Assembly: GCA_001949185.1 (NCBI GenBank)
Contig: BDGG01000014.1
Location: forward strand, 1,333,378 to 1,397,377
Length of the DNA stretch: 64,000 bases
Source: Ramazzottius varieornatus
Taxonomy: Eukaryota; Animalia; Tardigrada
Direction: 5' to 3'
This document shows, piece after piece, positions 18,854 through 30,345 of the stretch (the stretch's first letter is position 1; each line of letters begins with the position of its first letter). The position numbers and the translations under genes are program-made. Under the pieces are notes generated by a model. The model had not been told where the DNA came from, searched no databases, and worked only from the letters and a program-made list of their open reading frames with translations.

Positions 18854-19022
18854 CAGTGTACGACGAAATTGACCGTCAAAGATGAGCGTAACACTCCCGC
18901 TGGAGCTTACTTACCCCTCAGCCAATGAGATTTAGATTTTGCTGTATGCGCAAATTTCATTGGCTTTAGCCATCTAGTTCCATCCGACACCCCTTTTTAA
19001 CGGTTTATTTTGTCGTACACCG
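18854..19022. mobile_element. 169-bp Tc1/mariner-type MITE
   Basis: Imperfect TIRs CAGTGTACGACGAAATTGACCG and (reverse complement) CGGTGTACGACAAAATAAACCG, flanked by TA on both sides. Internal inverted repeat AGCCAATGAGATTT...AAATTTCATTGGCT. Confidence 0.7.
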
Positions 19023-21547
19023 TATCAGTGAGATGTCTGGGAGAAGATTGTTGGGTGTGGGTACGGTTACAGGTGGAGTGCAACCCGAAGGTTCTTGTCC
19101 TGTTTCCTGATGATTCAGGAGGTAGAGAGGACTGGTTGCGTAGGTTGAATATAGCGGTGAAGTTTTCCGGTCAGCAGTCAATTGGTTCGGACCATTTCGA
19201 TTCATTGTGGATCAGTGGTAGCAGACAGGGAAAAATGATTTGTGGAGCGGTTCCGTTGGAGTGTGATGGATTGTGCCAGTTAAAGGGCGAAGACAGAAGG
19301 GGAACTCAGCCCTTAAAGAGTGGAGACAGCGAGGCGGTTGAGTCTTCAAAGGGTCAAGAAAGCGATAGGGCGATTTTTGAAGAAGATGGAGAAGCTATCG
19401 ATTCTGCGATGACAGATGGCGCTGTACTCCCTGTAAGGAACGGTGACACTCCGTGGGCCGAGGTATGTACTGGTAAGAATGAAGGCGTCGTGGAGAGTTT
19501 TAAGATTGGGGATAGAAGGAAATAAAAAAAGGATAAGGTATCCGATTCTCTTGAGCAGGACTATAGGACGCGAGTCTTTGTTGGATGGGATTATTGTAAT
19601 TTCTGTTTCGAACTGTGTAGGCGTGGTCATTCGCGTGTCGACGGATGTGGAAACGACGCCGAATTGAAAGGGACTGTGTTAAGATGGTCGGAAGTTCCGG
19701 AGATGTGATGAGTACGACTGCAAGTATGTATTTTTCCGATCATTTTGAATCCCGGACCGGCGCCGCCAGAGCTGAATCTTGGGTATATCGAGCTTTAAGC
19801 TGCCTGGATGATTTTGCTGTTCGTTAGCACGGTGATATGTTAATTCCTGCCGATGCCTCAAGTGGAAGGCAAGTCTGTTCATAACGCTTCGTCAGTAGAG
19901 CGCAGCGTTGTTAGCTTAAGTAGACCTTGTTGTTCATTGTTGGTCGTATACGGTGTACGAACGACAGGCTTTGCAGACCCGGTGTAAAATGGAGGGAAGA
20001 ACCGTGCTTTCTGACCGTAATATTTTTAGAAAATGCCCGGATTGTGGAACGATAAAGAATCGATGTTTGCTGATCTACATGGGTTTCAATTCGTTCGCGG
20101 TCCAGTAATTTTCCAAATATCATATGCTTTGAAAACATGGGTTATCCGTGCTTTCGAGACCGGGCGTGCGTTTTTGTCGTTCGTATCGTTGTACGGTCGA
20201 CAGGAATGGCATGTCGAACCACGTGTTCCAATGTCAAAGCATGGTTGAATTTCTTTTTCAAGGGTTAGGATCATCTGATGGAACGCCGAGAACTTCTCCC
20301 TACGAAGTCAGAAAATAACTTACAAGTCAGTGTTGAACCCTCATCGTGATAGAATCAGTTTCAAAGACGAAACTCGCTTGGACTTTCCTCCGACAAAAGA
20401 ACGGTGTTGCCGAACACCAGCAGGCGCAGCCTAAATGAGAGACAAACGGCGGGTTTCCAAGGTTAAATTATGAGTTTTGGAGCCTTTGGACAGCGTCAAC
20501 TGTCAGCACATACTATGCCTGTTTCGTGCTCTAGACGATACTGTGAACGTGTTACGTGCAGCAATCCTCGAACACAGCTGTCAGAATTTGTTGATTCAAT
20601 TTCACCTCGAAACCACGCAAAACAGTGCTCAGGTGTCACGCTCTTGCAACCAGCGATAAAGAATAGATATTGCATTCCCGCGAATCAATAATTAGAAAGC
20701 TTAGAAAATCAATAGTTAATCGTTCTACAGGTTAAGCGATGTAGAGTAGGAGCTTGACCGGCAATGACTCGCGAAAACGCACGCAAATTTTCTCTGATTT
20801 GTATGTCACCACGTAATGGGTACCGTTTCGGAATGATCGTATTCCTTCTCCAACTGCTTTTGAAATCACTCTAGTCATGTATGTCATGCGATGTGTCATG
20901 TCATATGTTATCAAGTCACACAACATAACGTATCTGTACGATGACGTCCGATCATGCGGTTCATGTGTCACCGTTTACACTGAAGAGCTGGGGTGAGCGA
21001 CATTCAATTATCAGTCGGAAGTTACGGCTGTCCTGTAGTCGCGCTGGGGCTACCGTTGACGCAGGTCAAGCAACCAGCGGAAAATGTCTACCGCTAAGAA
21101 GGTGGAACTGACTAGGTATTGAACTTGCGCACTCATGTACCACAGAGTAACACTTCGCACACAATGTCACAACACGTCAATAAAATAACGCGTCGACTTC
21201 GTCAGTTTGTGCAATACGAAAATTTATTCACCGCGGTTACCTAACGGCGAAAAACTTCATCCAAACCAGAGTAGATACCTCTAAATCTAGGTCTTTCTCA
21301 CTGTGTTAAAATTTCTTTTATATGAATGCTTCGGTGGTCTCACTCAGTCCCTACTGATCTCTCAACTTTTCTCTTTGGTAATGCGAGCGCTTGCACCACG
21401 GTTCGAATCTGCAAAGCATGCCGTACCAGACAAGATTGTGGCAGCCACTGAGCCATACAGTTCCCCTCCCTCATAAATATATACCTATCTGTACTCGGAC
21501 CTCTCGAAATGTCTGATAAGGTACGATTCAGACTCTCCGAGTCTCCG

Positions 21548-21816
21548 GAGGATTTACCCAGCCTAATATCGAAAATCATGCAGTTGTCGCCTACGACCTG
21601 CCAAGGAAAGCTGGAACTGGGAGATTGATCATGGGTGCGGAGATTTTTATCTTTACCAGTCAGGAAATCCAGTTCTCGAACAACATTCAAAGCGGCTTTC
21701 AGGATTGAAATCATGTTGATCGATTGATTGCCGGTTGCAAGTTGGGCTGTACTTGATCATGGAGAGCCATTCTGTGACTTCCGTATTTCGCTGGGTAAAT
21801 CACCCGTCCATCGCTG
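21548..21816 (-). mobile_element. Diverged copy of the MITE family at 28405-28696
   Basis: Reverse complement begins CAGCGATGGACGGGTGATTT and shares collinear internal blocks (TCAATCGATCAACATG, GGCAGGTCGTA, TTCGATA..AGGCTGG) with 28405-28696. Confidence 0.7.
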
Positions 21817-22137
21817 GTTACAGACTGACTGTAATGCTTCATGAACTTCACGTAGTACGTCATCATACCCGAACAGTTGAGCCCTGGTCCAAGAATTTCC
21901 TACCAACCCCCTAAGGGATGTTTCGCATGTATAATGACGTACTTCACGAGTTCTCGAAGCATTAAAGTATTCTGTGTAAGTTATTTTGAGAACCTCTTAG
22001 AAGTGAGAATTCCAATTTCCAAGCTGTCCACTGTGTCCAGTCCAGCTGCTGCATTTAGAACGTTTCCATGCTTCTTCGTTTTCTTGTTCCTTTCCCCTCT
22101 GGCTCCGGACGACGCAGGAGCGCGTTGTGTCGAGAGA

Positions 22138-23920
22138 ATGACGGCGGGCTTATTGCACATCGATAGTCGACTGGTCAGCCAGTCTGCCAGTGCCACCTTT
22201 TCTATTGTGACCAAGTGCCTCGAGCATCGTCCTTCCCTCGACCGTCTGTATGTTCTACTCCGACATCCCCAAAACAATACCAGCAAAGATGTCGCCGTTT
22301 CTGCATCATCGTCTTTCTTCGAGCAGCTGACGACACTGTATAACCAAGCATTCCGTATTAGTTCAACTCTCGATCTACGCGTCCTTCTGGCCAATGTTAA
22401 CCACACTTCCATCAGTGACCAGTGGCTCTCTTCGTTGGACCTTCAAGTCGTCTTACAAGACACTCCGCACTCTTTACCAGCAGTTCTGCAGTCGTTACCT
22501 GCTGTCAATCTACATTTTGCCTCTCCCCATACGCTAGAAACCACGCATGGAGCCAAGTGGACAGTGTATAAGAAGGTGGTCATTGGCGGGACATTTGACC
22601 ATCTTCATGCCGGCCACAAGCTGCTCCTTAGTAACGCCATTCTCCGGTGCTCCCAGTGCCTGACTATTGGAGTAACACGACAAGAGATGCTGGAGAAGAA
22701 GCGTTTAGCAGACCTCATCCAGCCCCTTGCTGTCCGCCAAGAGAGATTGCGAGGATTTTGTCAAGAGGTGAACCCCTTCATTGACTATAACATTGTCCCC
22801 ATCTCCGATCCATTCGGCCCGTCCACCGTCGATGCTGATTTAGTTGCTATTGTCGCCAGCGAAGAAACGCTGGATGGAGCTCGCGCTGTCAACGTTGAAC
22901 GAGCCAGAAAGGTGAGTGGGAGAGCGATGCTCTATTCAACTTCCGGTGCGGTTGTCTATATGATTATTATATAATTATTATATAATTATTATTATATAAT
23001 GCATAGTTTGCCCTTTAGGGTTTGAAAGAGCTGGCCGTCCACACCTTTCCTCTCAACGACGTTGAAGGTAGTACAGCAGATTTACGGACCATCAGCTCCA
23101 GCTATGCACGGCAGCAGATGCTGGGGAGACTTCTGAAGGCACCCAACGACAAAGTCCTTCCACGTCGGCCGTACTTGATCGGCATCACAGGCGGAAGTGG
23201 CAGCGGGAAAACCTCCATCAGCAAGTACCTGGCCACCAAGCCCGACGTCATGGTCATCGACTGCGACAAGGTAGCCCACGAAGCTTACAAGAAGGGCACC
23301 GCGTTATATCACCGCTTAGTCCAAGAATACGGCCAAAGCGTTCTCCATGCGGAAACGGGAGAGATTGCGCGCAGGGAAATCGGCCGCATTGTCTTTGGCA
23401 ATGAGGTTTGCCTTTCCGCAAAGTTTATATTCGAAATTTATTCCCAATTGATGAATGCTCAGCTCTTGCAGCTGTTTTGTAGGAGGCGCGGAAGAAACTG
23501 AACTCGCTGATTTGGCCGGCAGTGCGGGATTACTGCCTGGCCAATGTCAAGGAGTCTAACCCGAAAGTAGCCTTCTTGGATGCAGCTCTCTTGCTGGAGG
23601 CCGGCTGGGCTGACGCCTTGCACGAAATCTGGGTGACATTCGTCCCCGAAGAAGAGGTATCTAGTCTTTCTGCGCTGTAACTAATCACTTGCACAGGAGC
23701 TTTGTGAATGATCTTGTTTGCTGTCTGTCTGCAGGCTGTCAAGCGCATCACGGAAAGGGACAGCGTGACCAAGGAAGAAGCTCTTCGACGGCTGCACACT
23801 CAACTGTCCAACCGACAGCGCATTGACCAAGCTCACGTCATCTTCTCCACTCTGTGGGATTATTCAGTCACCCACGCGCAAGTAGATCGAGCCTGGCAAG
23901 AACTCACTCAGCGTCTGTAA
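22138..23920 (+). CDS. COASY: Bifunctional coenzyme A synthase (PPAT + dephospho-CoA kinase), 4 exons
   Basis: VIGGTFDHLHAGHK (HxGH nucleotidyltransferase), PISDPFGPS, IVASEET, TISSS, then IGITGGSGSGKT P-loop, IDCDKVAH and DAALLLEAGW. Confidence 0.94.
22959..23000. repeat. AT-rich ATTATTATATA tandem microrepeat in COASY intron 1
   Basis: TGATTATTATATAATTATTATATAATTATTATTATATAAT. Confidence 0.8.
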
Positions 23921-24440
23921 AGGGCAAAACTTTGACAGTACGAACTGAAATGCGTCGCAATTATGTTGACATCTTTTGGGGTTCGGTGCTCGTACTGCGA
24001 ATTATTTCAGTTAGGGGTTCTTCGTACGTACTGTAAACGGACAAAACGTACTCATTGTTCGAGCGTCGAGTCTTTGTGATATGGGATTTTCCGGTGAACC
24101 TGAGTATTTGATTTAACGGTCTGAGATGTGGGACTTCCGGTTAGAGGGCGACATCTGTGGGCAGGAAGAAAATAGGCTTATGGTACTTTCGGTTGATTGA
24201 CTCATCTGTTATTTTATTGATTGGAGAAAAATGAAGTTGGCTGGAAGCTGTCGGGTAATTGGCATTTGGGGTTTTCCAGTTATAAGCTGCTACAGTCTGC
24301 AAAATGCAAACAAAGCAGTTGTTCGTTCAAATCCTTCGTTCAAATCCTTATTACCCGGGGAACTGTCTGCAGTCGGCCAGCACTGCAATTGCAACGGGGA
24401 TTGCCATTAGCTGACGGCGAGAGCGTCAAGAAGGAGGAAG

Positions 24441-25427
24441 ATGATCAGCTTAATGTCGCAAGTGGCTACGGCTATCGATGACTGGTCTTCCAAGACGACG
24501 GGCATCCTCTTTCCCGTCTCGTCCTACCACCGGACCATCCACTACTCCATGGTGGCTGCAGCTGGCTTGACGGCCCTGGCTACCTACCTCGTCCAGCGGA
24601 AAGTGCCCGCTCCCTACGGAAAGTTGCGCAGGAGACAGCTTGGGGTCGATAGCAAGCAGGAGAAAGCTTGGGGTCCAAAGATCATTCCCACCACACTGGG
24701 CCACACCATTTCCGATGGACCAACGGGCACTTTCCTCTTTCTCTACATCTTCCTCAAAGGTACAAGCATGTCCTGCTTAGCTCTCTGTAGACATTAGCTA
24801 ACTTGGATGTCGCTGTTATAATGGACGGACACAGAGGTGGGCGTATGATCGATGGCTTCTGTAGGTGCGCACTATAATTACGCGGCCAACTGGACGCTGG
24901 CCGGTCTCTTCATGTTGCATTTCTTCCAACGCGGCTTCATCCATCCCTTCATCATGAAGTACGGCGACACGCACATCCGGCTGGGAGTGTGGCTGGGTGC
25001 TTGCGGTCCCAACATTCTCTTCCATGTGGCCATTGCCGACTGGGTGGCCAATGCCGTCTATCCTCGTAATCACCTGCAGAAACCCCTGGTCATGGTCGGC
25101 CTGGTACTGTACGCCGTGGGCTTCGTCGTCAACCGCGCGGCGGATTGGCAGCAGGCACAGTGGAAGAAGCAGCTAAGGCAACGCGAAGATTACGCCTACC
25201 CCAAGGGTTGGCTCTTCAATATGGTGGCCAACCCCAACTACTTTGGTGAGTTTGTGGAGTGGACCGGCTATTTGTTGGTGTCCCAAGCTCCCATCTGCCT
25301 CATGTGGTCCCTCTTCACCGCCGCAACCTGGTTTACACGCGCGGGCTTTAATTTGGAATTCTATCGAAAGAAGTTTTCCGATAACTATCCGCGACATCGA
25401 CGAGCCCTTGTACCCTTTGTATACTGA
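24441..25427 (+). CDS. SRD5A1: 3-oxo-5-alpha-steroid 4-dehydrogenase (SRD5A1/2-like), 2 exons
   Basis: APYGK, HFFQRGFIHPF, YAYPKGWLFNMVANPNYFGEFVEWTGY and FYRKKFSDNYPRHRRALVPFVY. Intron about 24760-24864. Confidence 0.85.
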
Positions 25428-26802
25428 CTTGTTCTTGCTGCTACGTTTGCTGTTGGAATGCGCGATCTTTAATGAAAATAGTCTGTGTTTCATCTTGCCG
25501 TCGTCCTGTCATTCTGCATGAGGAAGTGCATTAGGATATCGAAGCCTGCAAACTGCGATCGTGCACAGCTTCTTCATGTTTCGTTTTATTCCTCTTAACA
25601 TTCTCGTTTGACCTGCCATTGTGTTTTAATACTTTTTCTACAGCCCAAGTAAACCGTGGGAACACAAAAGAAGGCCCTCTGTGTTGAAAGTCACAAGGTA
25701 CAACTAAGCATCGGTGGACGAATGTCCGCTACAGTTTCAAACGTCACAGTTAAAATACAGACATTAAGTTGCCACCACCAGATGAAAGTCCCACTGTAGC
25801 TAAGATGACTTGCAACGTCACTCATAAGCGCAGCAGCTGATCAGAACTTTGAATAGTTGGACAGCCACCATGCTTCCCAATGCTAGCCAACCGCAACTCC
25901 GATTACGCTATTTTGCGAAAATAAGGTGAGCTCCGGAAAGCAAAATGTGGTTACACGTCACGAAAGGGGCGGAGCAAGGCCGTAGCTACAGTTGCATAGT
26001 GAACGGGAGTGGCAACTTAATCTCTATAATGTTGCACCTGCATGGTGGTTAGAGTCCTGCACTAAGCTCTTCAGATCGGCACTCGAAAGGAACTGGTTGC
26101 TTGCCATGTTTATCGGAAGGTCCAACGTGATGCCGCTGGTGCGCGATCTCGTGCTTCCCATTTTTCCAGCACTTAATTCGCATTAGTATTTTACAAATAC
26201 TGGCAGTAACGAATTGTCTGCAGGCTGGCATGGATGTAACGGTAGAAAACATGGAATGGTTCCACAAACAGTATTGCGGAGGGCAAAATTTGGCAGGCCC
26301 ATACAAATGACTCTGGCGGTACATCCATGCCAGCAAGGAATTCTCAGAAAATGAAGCTGGATACTTAGTTATCTTGATGATACGACCGCTGATGTCACTG
26401 ATGGAACTCCTATCCCTCTGACGATTCTGAACTTTTGAATTCTGATCGATGCAACAGTACGGTGGGTGCACAGTGTACAGTGTACACTGTACAGTCAGTA
26501 AAGCAGGCAAAGCAAACGTAGGAAACTCTGGGCGGTATTTGGTGCAGGGAACAAAAGGACCTTAGAATGTTGGCACATCGCTGATTGCTTTTGTTCCGAT
26601 TATACTTTGTATGATTGGTCAGGAGTTCTAAGAGCAGGTCCTTGAATCCCTATGGCGAAGAATGGTCAGTCTTGTGTATAAAAGTTGCTGCAAGAGATGG
26701 GTAGTTTCCACAGTCAAGGTTTTTCTGGCGTAGCGCACCCTCATCCTCTTTTTTATTTCCTCCTGTTTTTCCCGTCTTGATTTTCCGACAGGAAGCATCG
26801 CC

Positions 26803-28075
26803 ATGAAGGTTCTGATGTTCACGCTGGGCTGTCTAGCTCTCAGCGTCAATATGGCCAGTGCGTGCCAAGGCCACGGTAAGTGCTCTGCAGCATTCCCTGC
26901 TGATTAAGGAACTGTGCATCTTGTCTTCTAGCAAAGCTGTGGATCCAACCTTTGATCCAACCTTCCCTTTGCAGATTCGACCTGCCGTGGCGACAACGGT
27001 GCGCAAGGTGACTGCTGTGCAGGGATGTACTGCCAGAAGAACGATCCATCTTGGGCCGAAGGTCAGTTTCCCCGCATTTTCCACTTGTTGTCTTCCTCTT
27101 TGGAATTATAGACCCGATGGAAAGTGTCGTATTGTCCTTGCAGGCCGTTGTTTCTACAATCCTGGCCGCAAACGTCGAGAAGCCCTGTTGGAGGATGAAG
27201 ACACGCCCGCCTCGATCAGCAGCACTTCCTCCTTGCCCAGGTCCAGCTGTGACTCCAGCCTCGGACTCCTCTGCCTTCCCGATGCTTGTCAGAAGAAGAC
27301 GTGCACTCTGATGCCGCAAGCCATCTGCCTCGCTGACCGATGCGGATGTGAAGCTCGCTTCTTCAAGTGGAACCCACAGGAAAAGGCCTACCAGGACTAC
27401 AGTCGTCTGTGCCACATTGCTGAACACTTGACCAGTAGGTTACCCTTCATCTACTGTACTTCCTGGTCCACAGACTTTCCACACACAAAGTTGCTCAGTG
27501 CTGATCTTCTGCTCTTTATATCCTTGTAGAGGTCGAACGGTTCGCCAACGAGTCTAAGCAGAACGATGAAGCTACGGGAGTCACCGCGGGAGCGACGACG
27601 CCGCCCAACAACGCTGCCAACGTGGGGCTTCTGCGGAGCTGGAACCGTCTGATTGTGGAGGTACTGCTGGACCTGGGCCGATACCTGCAAGATGTCGTCA
27701 AGACCGATCCCTCGCAGAAGAACATTGACAAGCTGCGCCTGGTCTTCGAGACTGTCGAAAAGCTTCGAGCGTCCAGCCCTTCCGGTGCAGTCAGCGATGA
27801 AGGTATCCCCTCGGAGCGTGCTTGGAGGAGAGCGGTCAAGACTGGCAGCCGCCTGATAAACACAGCTATCCAAAAGCTCCTGGACGAGGACGGCCAGTTT
27901 GCCGACGAGATTGCCAGCGGTAAGTCGTCATTTCCTACCGTTTAGTTTTGAACAGGGTATGAAGTATGGTGGTAATTTGTTTTCCTCCGGTACAGGTAAG
28001 GTGGCTATTTCCGACAAGAACGTGCGAGAGCAGCTCCTCCTGACGAGACGTTTTTGTTTGCTTGTCTGCTGGTAA
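26803..28075 (+). CDS. Uncharacterised secreted precursor (~306 aa): signal peptide, ICK/knottin peptide, G-RKRR, 8-Cys module, helical region, probable C-terminal RR|FCLLVCW
   Basis: Exons 26803-26875, 26975-27061, 27144-27434, 27530-27919 and 27996-28075, all GT-AG and all phase 1, give one open frame. Last exon less certain. Confidence 0.8.
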
Positions 28076-28404
28076 TACGCTATCGTGCTTGCTCTGATTG
28101 TCGAATCTGTTTCACAGGTTAAGTTTTTTGCCGGTTTTTAAATAGCAGATCTTATCTCGTTTGAGCTTATCCTGCCTTATCAGTAGGACGAATAGAACTG
28201 TTGTTCTCTCCCCCCCCCCGCGTTTTGACATAAAGTCGAAGAGTGTTCCTCTGCGGAAGGTATCCAGGTCTGTGGTGACTGGCTCGTGTAAGTGCAGTTC
28301 AGGTGGATGAAGTTCGAAGAATGGCTAGAGGAGCGGAAGCGATCGAGTTTGAGAATTGTTTCCGCCGAACTTCCGGCTCCCTCTGTTGGACTTGGACACC
28401 GCAC

Positions 28405-28696
28405 CAGCGTTGGACGGGCGATTTTCGCAGCGAATTAACCGGAATTACCGAACACACAGAACGGCCTCGCAACATCCCAACCCAGGAACGCAAGTCAATC
28501 AATCAAAATGTTTTTCGTCTTTGAAAACCGCTGCAATCGTTATTCGAACACTGGTTTAGCAGTTGATAAAGGCAGAATTTGTGCACTGATGATAAATTCC
28601 CCATGGCATCCAGATCTAGGCAGGTCGTATGTCACAGCTGCGTAAAATTCGATACCAGGCTGGAAATTCATTGCGAAAATCACCCGTCCAACGCTG
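28405..28696. mobile_element. 292-bp MITE with ~32-bp TIRs
   Basis: CAGCGTTGGACGGGCGATTTTCGCAGCGAATT versus reverse complement of the right end CAGCGTTGGACGGGTGATTTTCGCAATGAATT (29/32 identical). Second copy at 21548-21816. Confidence 0.8.
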
Positions 28697-28936
28697 TACG
28701 GTTGTACCGCACTTGGTCAGAATTCACAATTATAATTTCCTAACAAAGTGTTATCGCAGGCTTCGAAGCTGAATATACCACTCCCAAGTATCTAGATCTT
28801 TCGTCTCACCGGAGTGTCCGGTGTCGAGAAGCTGAACCTAGAGAATACCAGTCGGAACCGGGGGACAAGCTTACGTCCGGATCAGCCTCCCGTCTGAATG
28901 CACAGTGGAATGAGTGGATGATACTTACCGGAAGCG

Positions 28937-30282
28937 ATGGATCAGCCGTTCGACTTTTCCAGCTTTGGAGACGATGGACACGGTGCTCGCACTGGAACAT
29001 CCACCACTTTCGCCTCGCACTCAACGGCGGAACAAGGGGCCTACCCTTACCACGAGACGAGCGCTGGAGACAATGACTGGCAGCTGCTCAATCTGTCAAC
29101 TTCCAGTCCTGCTCACCACTATAGCCACACCTTGTACAGTCACGCCGCTGAAGAACAAATGCCCGACTACTACCAAAACCTTTTGACGGATGGAATCACG
29201 GGTCAGGAAGCAACAGTGGAGCAGCTGATAGAAGGAAACGAAGAGGAGGGCGAAGCTGCGGTCGAGGAGAAACCCATGGCTGAATTTGCTTCACAAAGAT
29301 TCAAGCGTAAGCCCAGAAAGAAGAAGGTGGACGATTCTAGAAGCGAGAAGAAGCGGCAGAAGCGCAAGGTGCAGGATGATACCGAGGAGAGTCAGAACGC
29401 CAACGAGGTAGTTAGTTTAATAACCGCCTGAGCCACCGCCATCGAGTCGCGCACCAGGTTTTTTTGGATCAAGTGACGCATTTTCGTACTTGTTTATCAG
29501 TGATACGGTGCGCAGGTTTGATGAAGACTTGGTGTGTTTGTGGCTTACTTGTGATAATCCTGATGTTACTGTAGGAGGCTGAACAGTCAGCTGCGGTCGA
29601 TGCGTTAATAGCTGACGAAGGAGGTGGGGAAGAGTTAGCAGCTGTCGAGGAGGAAGAAGAGCTGGACGAAAGTGAGCAAGCCGCCGCCGATGACTTTTAC
29701 AGCCAACTGCTAGACTGGCCGGCCACTGTGCCACTCAACGACGACGCCGTGCTGGCGCAGTCTGGTCAAAGCATGGCGGCGCGAGGACTGAAACGGGTTC
29801 GCTGGCATATGGAGGAGATTGCCTTCTTCCAACGCTGTGCCTCCTTGTTCAACTGTAACTTCAACATGATCCAGGATTTGCTTCCTCATCGGACCCTGGC
29901 TGAGCTGAAGAAGCAGTATGATAAGCAACGGCTGCTGTATCCTTCGCTGTACGGCTCCTTCTCCACTTCGCCGCGCTTTCATACGGTGGAAGAGTACTAC
30001 CAACTGCTGGACGATCTGCAGAAGGAAAAGGAGGACCTGGAGAACAGGATGATAGAGCTGGGCGTCAAGCCCTGGTCTCTCTTCAACGCTCAACCAAAAG
30101 TCACAGAGGACCAAGCACCACAAAGTATCGCTGCCGGTGTACATGCCGAAGTCGAAGATGAAGAGGATTCCAACGCTCTCTACACATTAGGATCAAGACC
30201 CAGGGTAAAATGCAACACCAATTCAACTTTTACGATACGCATAGATGATAGGTTCGTCAAGCATAATTATGATAATAATTAA
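28937..30282 (+). CDS. Small SANT/Myb-domain protein, Bdp1 (TFIIIB B'')-like; 3' end uncertain
   Basis: Exons 28937-29407, 29575-29671 and 29714 onward. VRWHMEEIAFFQRCASLFNCNFNMIQDLLPHRTLAELKKQYDKQ resembles the Bdp1 SANT pattern (W..EET..F......GTDF.MI..LFP.R...EIK.KFK.E). Basic NLS-like KRKPRKKK and acidic stretches. Confidence 0.6.
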
Positions 30283-30323
30283 TTCGTCAAGCGTAATCTA
30301 TTCGTCAAACATAATTCACCAAG
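30252..30323 (+). repeat. Short imperfect tandem repeat TTCGTCAAGCATAAT, about 3 copies
   Basis: TTCGTCAAGCATAATT..TTCGTCAAGCGTAATC..TTCGTCAAACATAATT. Confidence 0.7.
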
Positions 30324-30345
30324 TACTGTAGTTATTACTGATTCA

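Noticed and set aside
20086-20274. ARPVS...KAYD resembling LINE reverse transcriptase motifs
   Set aside because: The motifs are only ~10 aa apart, versus ~80 in RT, and there is no YADD motif.
16212-25427. ELOVL, COASY and SRD5A as a lipid-metabolic gene cluster
   Set aside because: The reductase looks SRD5A1-type rather than TECR, orientations are mixed, and adjacency in a compact genome is weak evidence without synteny data.
30252-30323. Short spaced repeats as a CRISPR-like array
   Set aside because: Eukaryotic context, 15-bp units with tiny irregular spacers and no cas genes.
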